A DNA stretch of 64,000 nucleotides from Flavobacteriales bacterium (lineage in GTDB: Bacteria; Bacteroidota; Bacteroidia; Flavobacteriales_G; JALEGO01). The position numbers were made by a program, and so were the translations under genes. A model generated the notes under the pieces. The model saw only the letters and a program-made list of their open reading frames with translations. It did no database searches and was not told the origin of the DNA. Where the stretch lies: the NCBI GenBank assembly GCA_020628935.1, contig JAHDEG010000004.1, forward strand, positions 85,893 to 149,892. The letters are read 5' to 3'. Shown in pieces: positions 39,353-50,100 of the stretch. Position 1 is the stretch's first letter, and the number at the start of each line of letters is the position of its first letter.

Positions 39353-42004
39353 ATGATCTACAAACATAAAAGTATAACCTTAAACGGTTTTCTTAGCACG
39401 CTTTGCATACTAATTGCTACTATTTTACTTCCATCAATTATATTTTCTCAGGCAACAACTACTGAAAATCTAGAACAAGTATTGTATAAAAAAATAAGTG
39501 TTACAGAACCTGATGCTGAAACACTGAAAAAACTTAACGAAATAGGAATTGATTTATCTTGTGGAGCAATTTTCAAAAACAACAATTTAGAACTAGAACT
39601 TGATGAGATTACCATACATGAACTAAATAAGGAAGAAATAAACTATTCCATACTCATTGAAGATTTATCTACATACTACTCTAAAAGAGCTGTAGAAGAT
39701 CTTCCAAAAGCTCGAAAAGAATTAGAAATACTTAAAAAATCACCAGTCCAAAAAAAAAGTAGTAGCGTTTTAAAAAATTTAGTTCAACACAGCAGCTGCA
39801 ATGAAATTGACTGGGCCGTACCAACCAATTTTAATCTCAACCCTAACAACTCACCTAATTCATTTGGTGGATGCCTAACATATTCGCAAGTATTACAAGA
39901 ACTTGATGATATGCGAACCCAATATCCGCATTTAATTTCCTCAAAGTTAGATGCATCACCCAACGGTCAAACAACACTTGAAGGTAGGCAAATTTTCTAT
40001 GTCAGAATTTCAGATAATCCAGATATTGATGAAACCTCTGAACCAGAAACTCTTTATCAATCTTTAATTCATTCCAGAGAATCTGCATCAGTTATGCAAT
40101 TACTGTATTACATGTGGTATGTACTAGAAAACTACGACTCCGATCAAAACATTAAAAATTTAGTAAACAATCAAGCTCTATACTTTATTCCAGTTTTTAA
40201 CCCTGACGGATTTGTTTATAATGAAACTCAAAACCCAGATGGTGGAGGTATGCAAAGAAAAAACAGGAACATCGGCAGTTCAGCCTGCGGTAGTTTTTCG
40301 CAAGGAGTTGATTTAAATAGAAACTCCGCCTACTACTGGGGAAACGGAGGTTCCTCTAGCAACCCCTGTTCAAACACGTATTTAGGAGAAGCCCCATTTT
40401 CTGAAAATGAAACTCAAATTATGAGAGATTTTTTCCTACAACACGATTTCAAATTAGCCATGAACCATCACTCATTTAAAAACGCAATGCTACATGCGTA
40501 TGCGGGAACAACAATTACCAACCCTAGAGCAGATGAGTATTCAAAATACAGTCATGACATGAGCTACTATAACAGATACGCTTACGGACCAAGCACTTCA
40601 ATAAGTAGTTTAAATAGCGGCAACATGAACGATTGGATGCTCGGAGGCATAGCAGGTATTAGCTCTAACGGAACTCCAACTGGCACTGGTTCTGGGAAAA
40701 ACACATTAGCATGGACCCCCGAAAATGGATCTGGATCTGAAGGTGGTTTTTGGCCATTGCCATCAAACTTTGTTTCTATTTCAAAGAGAGCTATGAGAAT
40801 GAATTTTCTTGCAGCATATTTTAGTGGTAAATACGCAAAACTCCATAACCTAAATCAATCTGATATTAATTCACTAAACGGCAGTCTAAATTTTGGAATT
40901 GAAAATCTAGGACAGACAGCTAGTGATTTTACCGTTACATTAACTCCAGTATCTCCAAACATCACCTCAGTTGGAAGTGCAATTACTGAGTCAGGAATAC
41001 CTGTTCTCCAACAAAAAAATATTGAAATTAATTATGTGCTAAACCCTAATATTCAAGCTGGTGAAGAAATTGAGTTTAAGGTTACTCTATTAAACGATTA
41101 TTCATCAGACAGCATGTTATATGAAACAAACATTACAATGACTTACCAACCTTCATTACTGTTTAGTGACAATCCTGATATTGATGGACTATCAAATTGG
41201 ACTCTCTCAGGTGGTGCGTGGGATATAACTGCAGATTCGTATTCAGGCTCTTCTGCAATTACATCAACAGTTCAAGCACCTTATTTAAATTCTGAATCAA
41301 AAACACTACAACTTATAAGCCCAATAAACTTTGGGGTAAGCAATAAAGTATTAATTCAATATTACGCTAAATGGGATTTAGAAAGAAGCTTCGATTACGC
41401 ACAATTCGAAGCTTCTGTAGACGGCACAAATTGGACTCCTTTATGTACTAAATTAACAAAACCAGGGGCGCCAGATGAGAACAACACCTACTCTAGCAAA
41501 TCCTCCCAAGAAAAAATTTTTCAACCTGATAACGAACCATTATATGATGGCGATACTCAAGGCAAATGGAGGGTGGAAGAAATAATAATTGACGACTCAA
41601 CCAATTCTTTTTTATTAAATCAAAACACTGTTTATCTAAGGTTTAACTTCAAAACTGATGAATCTAACCATCAAGATGCCTATTACAACGCTAATTTTGA
41701 AGGCTTTATTTTTGATGATTTCAAATGCATTACATCAAACAGTATACTTGTTGGAGAAAACAAATTAAATAATCACAACATCAACATATATCCAAATCCG
41801 AATAACGGTAAATTCATCTTAGATGCACAAAACACAACTATCAAAAATATACTTATCCGTGATGGGCTAGGTAAATTATTAGAAGTACCTCACATCAAAA
41901 GCAATGCAAAAAACACACTTAATTTAAATGTTAAGCCAGGCATATATTACATGCATTTGGAGTTAGAAAGTGGAGTTAAAATGATCAAACTAATAGTTTC
42001 CTAA
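39353..42004 (+). CDS. M14-family zinc carboxypeptidase with C-terminal beta-sandwich domains and T9SS type A sorting domain
   Basis: The signal peptide ends ...IIFS|QAT. M14 motifs are LIHSRESAS (HxxE), FNPDGF, RKNR and NHHSF. The C-terminus is INIYPNPNNGKFILD...GIYYMHLE...KLIVS. Confidence 0.85.
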   Translation: MIYKHKSITLNGFLSTLCILIATILLPSIIFSQATTTENLEQVLYKKISVTEPDAETLKKLNEIGIDLSCGAIFKNNNLELELDEITIHELNKEEINYSILIEDLSTYYSKRAVEDLPKARKELEILKKSPVQKKSSSVLKNLVQHSSCNEIDWAVPTNFNLNPNNSPNSFGGCLTYSQVLQELDDMRTQYPHLISSKLDASPNGQTTLEGRQIFYVRISDNPDIDETSEPETLYQSLIHSRESASVMQLLYYMWYVLENYDSDQNIKNLVNNQALYFIPVFNPDGFVYNETQNPDGGGMQRKNRNIGSSACGSFSQGVDLNRNSAYYWGNGGSSSNPCSNTYLGEAPFSENETQIMRDFFLQHDFKLAMNHHSFKNAMLHAYAGTTITNPRADEYSKYSHDMSYYNRYAYGPSTSISSLNSGNMNDWMLGGIAGISSNGTPTGTGSGKNTLAWTPENGSGSEGGFWPLPSNFVSISKRAMRMNFLAAYFSGKYAKLHNLNQSDINSLNGSLNFGIENLGQTASDFTVTLTPVSPNITSVGSAITESGIPVLQQKNIEINYVLNPNIQAGEEIEFKVTLLNDYSSDSMLYETNITMTYQPSLLFSDNPDIDGLSNWTLSGGAWDITADSYSGSSAITSTVQAPYLNSESKTLQLISPINFGVSNKVLIQYYAKWDLERSFDYAQFEASVDGTNWTPLCTKLTKPGAPDENNTYSSKSSQEKIFQPDNEPLYDGDTQGKWRVEEIIIDDSTNSFLLNQNTVYLRFNFKTDESNHQDAYYNANFEGFIFDDFKCITSNSILVGENKLNNHNINIYPNPNNGKFILDAQNTTIKNILIRDGLGKLLEVPHIKSNAKNTLNLNVKPGIYYMHLELESGVKMIKLIVS

Positions 42005-42228
42005 TGTCAATTAAAATAAGCAAGGTCGAACTTCTGTATAATTTGCAACGTTCTCGATATCCATATTAAAATTTATCTTTTGAAACAGTTTACCGAGGAC
42101 TCTGCAACTAATTGAACAAAGCCAACTTCCAATACATTTAGTAAGATTAATAGCTGCTTATAAACAATATTTTCAGAAATTAATCCCTTAAAATTGCAGT
42201 AACACTAAATCAGCATTAATTTATAATC

Positions 42229-42939
42229 ATGAATGATACGTTAAGAATTGACTATTCAAAATACCAAGTTGACGAGCTGGTTGAAACCATTTCAGACGCC
42301 ATATTTTTCCCTCTATACATTGGTAAAGTAGTTGGTAAAGTAGTTTCATTAGTAAGTATAGCACTAATAGCAATAGCTTACTTTTACACTGGCGGCATTT
42401 TAACAAGCATATTCTTTTTCCTGCTTGCCTTTATAGTGTCACTTCCAACAATAGCTTTACTATCTGTACTTCAATTAATAAACACCGTAAAAAAAGACTT
42501 AGAAAAAATTTATGATATCACCATCGACACATCAAAAAAAGCTTATCAAGACACCCTACTATTAAAAAAACAAAGTCAGAGCGGACTAACCAAAAGCATA
42601 ACCTTTACTGATGTTTTTAAAGGAATTTCATTATTTGTTATTCGACCAAGTTTAAAAAAAGTACTAGACAGAAAAATAGGCTTCCTATCCTGGCCATTCA
42701 CTATTATAATAGACTTCATATTCAAAATAACAATTGCAAGAAAAAGCCCTGACACTGAAGAAATAGTAATATCAGAAACAAATGGAATTAAAACCAACAT
42801 ATCTCAAGATCAAACTATTAAACCAAATAAAGCCGAACAAGTAACACTCGGTATTATTAAATTTCCAATTAAGGTTGTTCTATTTATTTATGTACCAATA
42901 AACATTCTAATTGTATGGCTCCTAACTATGTTGTTATAA
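42229..42939 (+). CDS. Hypothetical membrane protein
   Basis: 236-aa ORF with 2 central TM helices (VSLVSIALIAIAYFY.., IFFFLLAFIVSLPTIALLSVL) and a C-terminal TM helix. No recognisable motifs. Confidence 0.5.
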   Translation: MNDTLRIDYSKYQVDELVETISDAIFFPLYIGKVVGKVVSLVSIALIAIAYFYTGGILTSIFFFLLAFIVSLPTIALLSVLQLINTVKKDLEKIYDITIDTSKKAYQDTLLLKKQSQSGLTKSITFTDVFKGISLFVIRPSLKKVLDRKIGFLSWPFTIIIDFIFKITIARKSPDTEEIVISETNGIKTNISQDQTIKPNKAEQVTLGIIKFPIKVVLFIYVPINILIVWLLTMLL

Positions 42940-43051
42940 GCATAATCGACTTTAAACAGAGTAAAAAAATTAATCACTCTGTTCACCTAACATACTTCTT
43001 GTAAAAGACATTAAATGTAACCGTTTTAATACAGTTATCGTAGAAAGGCCC

Positions 43052-46000
43052 ATGATTTTACGTTTACTAGCTATTATTTTGTTTATTTTTAGCATTAAAG
43101 TCAGTGCACAATGCCCGGCATCTGTACCACCAACATTTACCGCAACCTCATCAGAATCAACATGCGCATCTAATGGCAATATTACTGTTACAGCAACAGG
43201 CGGACAAACCCCTTATCTATACGAAATAACAGGTCCCGTAAACCGACCAACCCAAACCAGTAACGAATTTAATGCAATACCTTCAGGCACATATACGGTT
43301 ACATTAACCGATAACTGCGGAACAACGTTTTCAGAAAACATTATTGTAGCTGGTAATTATGTCAACCCTAGCCTTACAGTCACATCAACCAGCCCAAATT
43401 GCTATAATGATTCATCAGGCACCTTAACATTTAATACTGCAGGCGGGGTAACACCATATACTTTTGAGCTAGCTTCAGGATCAACAATTAGCGATACTCA
43501 AACAACTAATATTTTTAACAACTTACCGCAAGGTTTTTATTTAGCAAGAGTTACCGATGCATGTAGCAATATTTCATCTGTATTTCATTCTATAACAGCT
43601 AACAACAGTAACGCATTTGGCTCGGTAGGGGTTGTAACGGAAGTAATAAATTGCGACTCCGTGAAAGCAGCTGTAGTTCCTGTTACTTCTCCGCAGGGCA
43701 ACACAATAGCTGGTCCAGTCACCTATTCTATTATAAATGGTCCTGCAACATATCCTTCTCAAAGCGATAGTATATTTCATCTCTTGAAAGGGGAAGAATA
43801 CACAGTTAGGGTTGAGGATGGATGTGGAGTTGTAAGGCAGGAAACATTCAATTCCGACTTAAAAATTTTAACAAATACCTCTGAAAACTGCAGTGGAGTA
43901 AGTTTATCAGTAGTTTATATTCAAAACGGAATCCCCCCATATACATACCAATTAGTAAATGGTACAGACACGATCGGACCACAAAGTTCAGGCACGTTTC
44001 CAAACCTTCAAGCTGGGTCATACGAGTTACAGGTAAGCGATAACTGTGGAGATACCGTTTTTAGTACTCAAGAAATTATAAACAATGATTTTGAAATAAA
44101 TTCTGCGTTTGGGTCCTTAGTTTGCAAACCAGGTAAAGTAATTATAAAAGGTTCTGTTAGTGATGCTGAAAATCCGCTCAATGTTAAATACTTAACTAGT
44201 CCTGGGAACTACAACGACACAACCGTTAATTTTAATTTTTTTAATGTATTTGAATTAGGATTAAAAGATTCTGGTATGTACGAAATTGAAATTACAGATG
44301 GCTGTGGACAATTAGATACAATAGTATTTCATGCCGGCTGGGACTTTTTCGCTACACCAACATACGTCTCACAAATTAATTGTAACAGTTCGTTCAATCT
44401 TTCAAATTTAAGAGTAAACTCTAGCTTAACATCTAGTAAATACCATATCCTAACAAACAGTCTAGGAGATACGCTTGCAAACCAAAGCGGGTCAATAAGT
44501 ATTTCAAATTTACCTCAAGGCACTTACTATTTTGAAGGAGGAATTAATGAATGTATTGCAAGCGGTAATGATAGTATTGGTATTGTATATGATACCATTG
44601 TATCAACTCCTTACACCGTACCAAGTTTAACCACCTTAAGTACTATGTGCAACAGCAGCAACGGTTTGGGAACCATCATAGCAAACGCAAGTGATGGTAA
44701 AGCTCCATATAATTATGAAATAATTTCAGGCCCCAATGGTGCAACTCCTCCCTCTACAAATAATACGTTTACTAATTTGCCAGAAGGAACATACCAAATA
44801 CGACTTATTGATCAATGTGGAAATTCTTTTATTAGTGGTGAAGAACTTTCAAGTTATGGTTCTCAAAACCTCTCATTCGATCCTATTAATTGTATTAGCA
44901 CCGAGTTGTACTTATATTCTGACACACTCCCATTTGCAAACTATGAATGGACGGGTCCAAACGGTATAACATCAAATGATAGAAACCCAATCATAAACCC
45001 TTTCACATTAAACGATACCGGCATATATGAACTACACATAACATATAATAATTGCATTGATACTGTTGTAGACTTAAATGTAAATATCCCACAAACAGTA
45101 GACCCAAGCTTTAGTAGCACAAACTTTTGTACAACCGGAACCAATAATATTGTTATAAATGGTACACCTGGCGGCACATTTAGCTATGCTACTCCAATAA
45201 TGGATGGCTCAAATATAGATAGCTTAACAGGTATTGTAAGCAACAATCACCCAGACAGCACATATCTTATACAATATGCTGTAGAAGAGAATTTTTGTCT
45301 CTATTACGACACCGTTTTAATTCAACCCTATGAGCTAAGTACCTCCTATATTATTGACTCAATTACCTGTAACAGTTTTACCAACGGTCAAATTACCTTA
45401 ACAGCTACAGGCTTGTACGGTGTAAATAATTATCAATGGTCAACAAACGCAACCACTAACACTATCACAAACTTAGGAGCAAACACCTATTTTTATACCG
45501 TCTCAGATCAATATAACTGTCAAAAAACAGATAGTATTATAGTTACAGAACCAACCTCAATAAACCTAACAGCTATAAATGTTACTAATATTACGTGTAA
45601 TGGGTATAATGACGGATCAATATCCATCTCTCCGAATGGAGGAACACCTAACTACACCATTAATTGGAGCACCAATGAGACTGATACCATAATATCATCA
45701 TTAACCCCAGGTAACTACCAAATAACTATAACAGACAATAATAACTGTGTGCTTAACCAAAGCTTCAATATAAATGAGCCAGATTTAATAAGCAACACAT
45801 TTACAAACACAAATAGCTCATGTATAAATACAAACGATGGTACTTCGCTATCTAATCCTACAGGAGGCAACGGTAACTTTAATTTTGCTTGGTCTAACGG
45901 TGACACCACTAATCAAGCAACTAACCTACCACCAAACATGCTTTATTATATCACAATAACTGATACACTAGGATGTTTTAAATACGATTCAACAACAATA

Positions 46001-46963
46001 AACCCTACAACTGTCCTTAATCCGTCCTTTACAACTAACGGTTATGTTTGTTTAAACGATTCTGTAAGTATAACCGTTAATGCTCCTTTAGCAACAAATT
46101 ACCTGTGGAGTACCAATGAAATAGCACAAAACATAATAGTTAATCCAACAACAGATACAACATACTATGTTCAAGTAAATGATGGCATCTGTTTCGAGAA
46201 TGATTCAGTAACCATTACAATAGCTGATAATCCAACAATAATATTTATTCACGATTCAATTATTTGCAATAACACAAGTTTAAACCTAACTGCAAACGCA
46301 AGTGCTTCAACATATGAATGGAGCACTGGGTCAACAGACAATACCATTTCCGTATTGCCAAATAACTCTATTAGCTACACAGTTACCGCTACTAATAATT
46401 TAGGCTGTTCTTCATCACTAACTTTTGATCCTTCAACAGTTCAATATTTCACTGATCCAACGGCCGATTTCTCTTCTCAAAACACAGCTTCCTCAATTGC
46501 TGAATTTGTATTTACTGACGAAAGTGAGGGCGAAATAAATAATTGGGAATGGGATTTTAACGACAACCAAACGTCAACCTCTCAAAACCCTCTCCATGAG
46601 TTTAGTGCATCAGGTAGTTATAATGTTTCTCTCATTGTAACAAGCACAAATAATTGCCCCGACACGGTATATAAAACCATTGAAATATCCACTGAATTCA
46701 TCATACCAGACGTCTTTACACCAAACGGTGACGGCCAAAATGACTTCTTTCAAATACCTTTTTTCAACCACGATAAGTTCACTCTTCAAGTATACAACCG
46801 TTGGGGTCAAATTTTATTTAAATCTCAAAGCCACAGAATGATTTGGGATGGCACAACTGAGGGCGGAGCACCGGCACCAGACGGAACCTATTATATTATT
46901 ATAGAAGCAAATAACCCCGAAAGAAGTATCTCTTACAATGGCAGTGTTACCCTATTACGTTAG
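43052..46963 (+). CDS. T9SS type B cargo adhesin, paralog 1 (six DxCG modules, Ig-like hinge, 3 SprB-type repeats, PKD, C-terminal sorting domain)
   Basis: 1303 aa. The signal peptide ends ...KVSA|QCP. Modules end in TDNCG/TDACS/EDGCG/SDNCG/TDGCG/IDQCG. The hinge is LYSDTLPFANYEWTGPNGITSN. SprB-type repeats follow C.G...G.I......GG..NY...WS. The C-terminus is IPDVFTPNGDGQNDFF...YNRWGQILF...WDG...GTYYI...GSVTLLR. Confidence 0.85.
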   Translation: MILRLLAIILFIFSIKVSAQCPASVPPTFTATSSESTCASNGNITVTATGGQTPYLYEITGPVNRPTQTSNEFNAIPSGTYTVTLTDNCGTTFSENIIVAGNYVNPSLTVTSTSPNCYNDSSGTLTFNTAGGVTPYTFELASGSTISDTQTTNIFNNLPQGFYLARVTDACSNISSVFHSITANNSNAFGSVGVVTEVINCDSVKAAVVPVTSPQGNTIAGPVTYSIINGPATYPSQSDSIFHLLKGEEYTVRVEDGCGVVRQETFNSDLKILTNTSENCSGVSLSVVYIQNGIPPYTYQLVNGTDTIGPQSSGTFPNLQAGSYELQVSDNCGDTVFSTQEIINNDFEINSAFGSLVCKPGKVIIKGSVSDAENPLNVKYLTSPGNYNDTTVNFNFFNVFELGLKDSGMYEIEITDGCGQLDTIVFHAGWDFFATPTYVSQINCNSSFNLSNLRVNSSLTSSKYHILTNSLGDTLANQSGSISISNLPQGTYYFEGGINECIASGNDSIGIVYDTIVSTPYTVPSLTTLSTMCNSSNGLGTIIANASDGKAPYNYEIISGPNGATPPSTNNTFTNLPEGTYQIRLIDQCGNSFISGEELSSYGSQNLSFDPINCISTELYLYSDTLPFANYEWTGPNGITSNDRNPIINPFTLNDTGIYELHITYNNCIDTVVDLNVNIPQTVDPSFSSTNFCTTGTNNIVINGTPGGTFSYATPIMDGSNIDSLTGIVSNNHPDSTYLIQYAVEENFCLYYDTVLIQPYELSTSYIIDSITCNSFTNGQITLTATGLYGVNNYQWSTNATTNTITNLGANTYFYTVSDQYNCQKTDSIIVTEPTSINLTAINVTNITCNGYNDGSISISPNGGTPNYTINWSTNETDTIISSLTPGNYQITITDNNNCVLNQSFNINEPDLISNTFTNTNSSCINTNDGTSLSNPTGGNGNFNFAWSNGDTTNQATNLPPNMLYYITITDTLGCFKYDSTTINPTTVLNPSFTTNGYVCLNDSVSITVNAPLATNYLWSTNEIAQNIIVNPTTDTTYYVQVNDGICFENDSVTITIADNPTIIFIHDSIICNNTSLNLTANASASTYEWSTGSTDNTISVLPNNSISYTVTATNNLGCSSSLTFDPSTVQYFTDPTADFSSQNTASSIAEFVFTDESEGEINNWEWDFNDNQTSTSQNPLHEFSASGSYNVSLIVTSTNNCPDTVYKTIEISTEFIIPDVFTPNGDGQNDFFQIPFFNHDKFTLQVYNRWGQILFKSQSHRMIWDGTTEGGAPAPDGTYYIIIEANNPERSISYNGSVTLLR

Positions 46964-46976
46964 CATTACTTGTGGG

Positions 46977-47068
46977 GCGTTTCCCTAATAAATTAGGGCC
47001 GCGCTATCACTCATACGCTTCATTTCGCTAAAGCTACATTGCAGGGTAATCCGTTCTATCCCTAACGC
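46977..47068 (+). repeat. Structured intergenic element, copy B
   Basis: GCGTT-T[CCCTAA TAAA TTAGGG]-CCGCGCTATCACTCATACGCTTCA-TTTC[GC TAAA GC]TACA-TTGCAGGGTAATCCGTTCTATCCCT-AACGC. The element starts 13 nt after the paralog 1 stop codon. Confidence 0.6.
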
Positions 47069-47102
47069 AATATTATAACCATTCTATTTTTTTTACGTAC
47101 AA

Positions 47103-50100
47103 TTGTCTATGATCACAATAAAAAATACGTTAGTAGTATGGCTAATATTTTTGTGTACTCCTTTAATTTATAGCCAGTGCCCGGCTCCTAGCAGTCCTGG
47201 CTTCACAACCACAACAAACCCTGCGAGTTGCTCTTCTAACGGCAGCATTACTGTGAATGCCAGTGGTGGTTTAGCACCATATTTATACGAGTTAAGTGGA
47301 CCTATTAACAGGCCAACCCAATCATCAAATGTATTTAATGCAACAACAACAGGCAACTACACTGTAACAGTTACCGACAACTGCGGACAAACAGTTAGTA
47401 ACTCAGTTACAGTTGGCGGAACATATTTTAACCCTGTAGTTACTGCTACTAGCACACTCTACGGCTGTGGTAGTTCAAATGCCCGTATTACGGTGTCTGT
47501 TAGTGGTGGTGAAGCACCTTTTTCATTTCAATTGGTGGCCCCTTCTCAACAAACTAGCGGAGTTTTTACTTCAGGCTCAAATAGTTATAATTTTAATAAT
47601 GTTCCAATTGGGAGCTATAATATTCAGGTAACGGACGACTGTGGCACGGTAAGAACAATACAACACACAATTAATGGATCTGGAGGCACACCTACTGGAA
47701 TTGAATCAACAAATAATGACATTTGTGCGGGAAGAGAAGTAACTTTATCTTTACAAACCAACGATGGCAGCCCAGCTGTAAACCCAATCACTTATATAAT
47801 CTATGAAAATAATAGCCCTATTAATGGCGGGGTATTTTATGATTCGAGTTCAACTAATAGTACCTTTCTTTTACCCTGGGGGTCAGCAAGTGGAGATAGA
47901 TATTATATTTACGCAGAAGATGGGTGTGGTAACACAACTACCGGTTCTGTTAGCGTAGGTCAATTTTTGCAGTCTAACTCAATATTTGTTTGTGGAAGTT
48001 TTAATGTTGGATTAAATGCTTTTAATGATTTAGAACCTACTACTTTCTCTATCATATCAGGACCAACAACTTTACCACCACAATCAAACAGTGCTTTTAC
48101 TAATTTACCCCCTGGTGATTACATTTTTCAAGCAGAAGATAATTGTGGAACAATATTAAATGATACAACTACTTTGACTGTTCCAAATTTTTTTATCAGT
48201 TTTAGCAACAACAATACACGATCCTTGTGTGATACATCTAAGGTTAACATCAGGTTAGAGATGACTGTACAAAATTCAGGAACACTGACTGTAGAATACT
48301 TAAGTAGCCCCGGAGACACATTGGCAGATTTTTCAATAAATTCCAACTCATCTTCTATCATACTTAACGATCATCCCAGAGGATCATACACAATTAAAGT
48401 TACCAATGGATGCGGACAATCATATACAATTTCATTCTTGGTTCAACCATTCAGTAATAACATTTTATACAATTTAAATGAAAGCTGTGTTAGTTCAGAC
48501 TTAACTAACATAAGAAATTTTGCCCCCAGCCATTATAACGACTTTTTTTTAGGGGACGAATTATTCTCTATAATTTCAGGACCTACTACTTACCCTCCTC
48601 AATCAGATAACTTTTTTAATAATTTACCCTCTGGAACATATGTTTTACAAACTGAACAATCTAAATGTGTGGGGAGTGGACTTCCAGGTACAACAAGCCT
48701 AGATACAATTGAGGTACAAGGTTATACATTTCCAGAATTAGAGACCTATGGCACTATTTGTAATGGTGGTAATCAAGGACAAATATTAGCAGAAGTAAAT
48801 AAAGGAGCGGCCCCTTTCACTTATGAAATTCTTTCAGGCCCCAATGGTTCAGGTAGCCAGCAAACAAGTAATGAGTTCAACAATCAATCTCCAGGCACAT
48901 ACCAAATACGCACTATAGATGCTTGTGGTAATAGTGATATTACAGGTATTGAGCTCACCAATTATGGGGATGACAACGTTCACTACGATCAAGTGTCGTG
49001 TGCAAGCACATCATTAGATTTATATGCAGACACACTACCTTTTGCAAATTACACTTGGACAGGCCCGAACGGATTTACAAGCAACGAGCGTTTTGTTATC
49101 ATTGACCCATTCACAACTATAAATAATGGAACGTACAGTGTAAATATAGAATATAATACATGTATAGACACAACCATTAATATACTAGTCAACCCAGTAT
49201 CAAATGCCGATCCTTCTTTTAGTACTTCAAGTATTTGTGATGGTAGTGGAAATCAAATTACTTTTTCAGGAGACACTGGCGGAACATTTAGTTTTGCTAC
49301 TCCTCCAAACGACCTAGCAGAAATTAACCCTACTACCGGGACAATATCAAACTTTAGTATTGATAGCTCTTATAGCATTCAATATACCGTTGGCTCAGGA
49401 GCATGTCAACAAACACAAACGCAAACGACTACAGCAGTAAGCATAATTAGTAACGAAGTAATTACAAACGTTAACTGTAACAATGAAAGTACTGGTAAAA
49501 TAAAACTAAACACATCTGGAGGTAATAATCTAAACTATAGCTTTTTATGGAGTACAGGAGCTACACTAGACTCTATTGCAAATATTACAGCAGGGAATTA
49601 CACTGTTACCATTAATGATGGAGTATGCCAAAAAATAGAAAGTTTTACGGTAATTCAACCTAGCGAAATTACAATTACCCCATCAATTGATAGTGTATCA
49701 TGTTTTGGAACTAGCACAGGTCAAATACAGTTAACCACAAGTGGTGGTACACCAAATTATTTCTACAATTGGAGCAATAACGCAACCACACAAAACAATC
49801 AGAATTTAGCAGCAGGATCTTATACTGTTACCGTAACCGACAATAACAGCTGTAACAAAGTTCAGAATATCACAGTAGCAGAATATCCAGATATTACGAT
49901 TAATGAAACAGTTAATAATAACCTCTGTTTTGGAGATAGCACAGGCAGCATATCAACTATCGTTTCTGGTGGAAACCCAACATTCACTTACACTTGGTCT
50001 AATGGTTCCAATAACACTAATTTGAATAGCGTTTCTAGTGGTAATTACAGCTTAACAATAACAGATCAAAATAATTGCCAGAAAGTAAAAAACAATATTC

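Noticed and set aside
42955-42983. A perfect 8-bp inverted repeat, AACAGAGT-(13 nt)-ACTCTGTT, lies just after the stop of the 42229-42939 gene.
   Set aside because: The loop is large and no T-tract follows, so it is a weak terminator candidate. It is not repeated elsewhere in the window.
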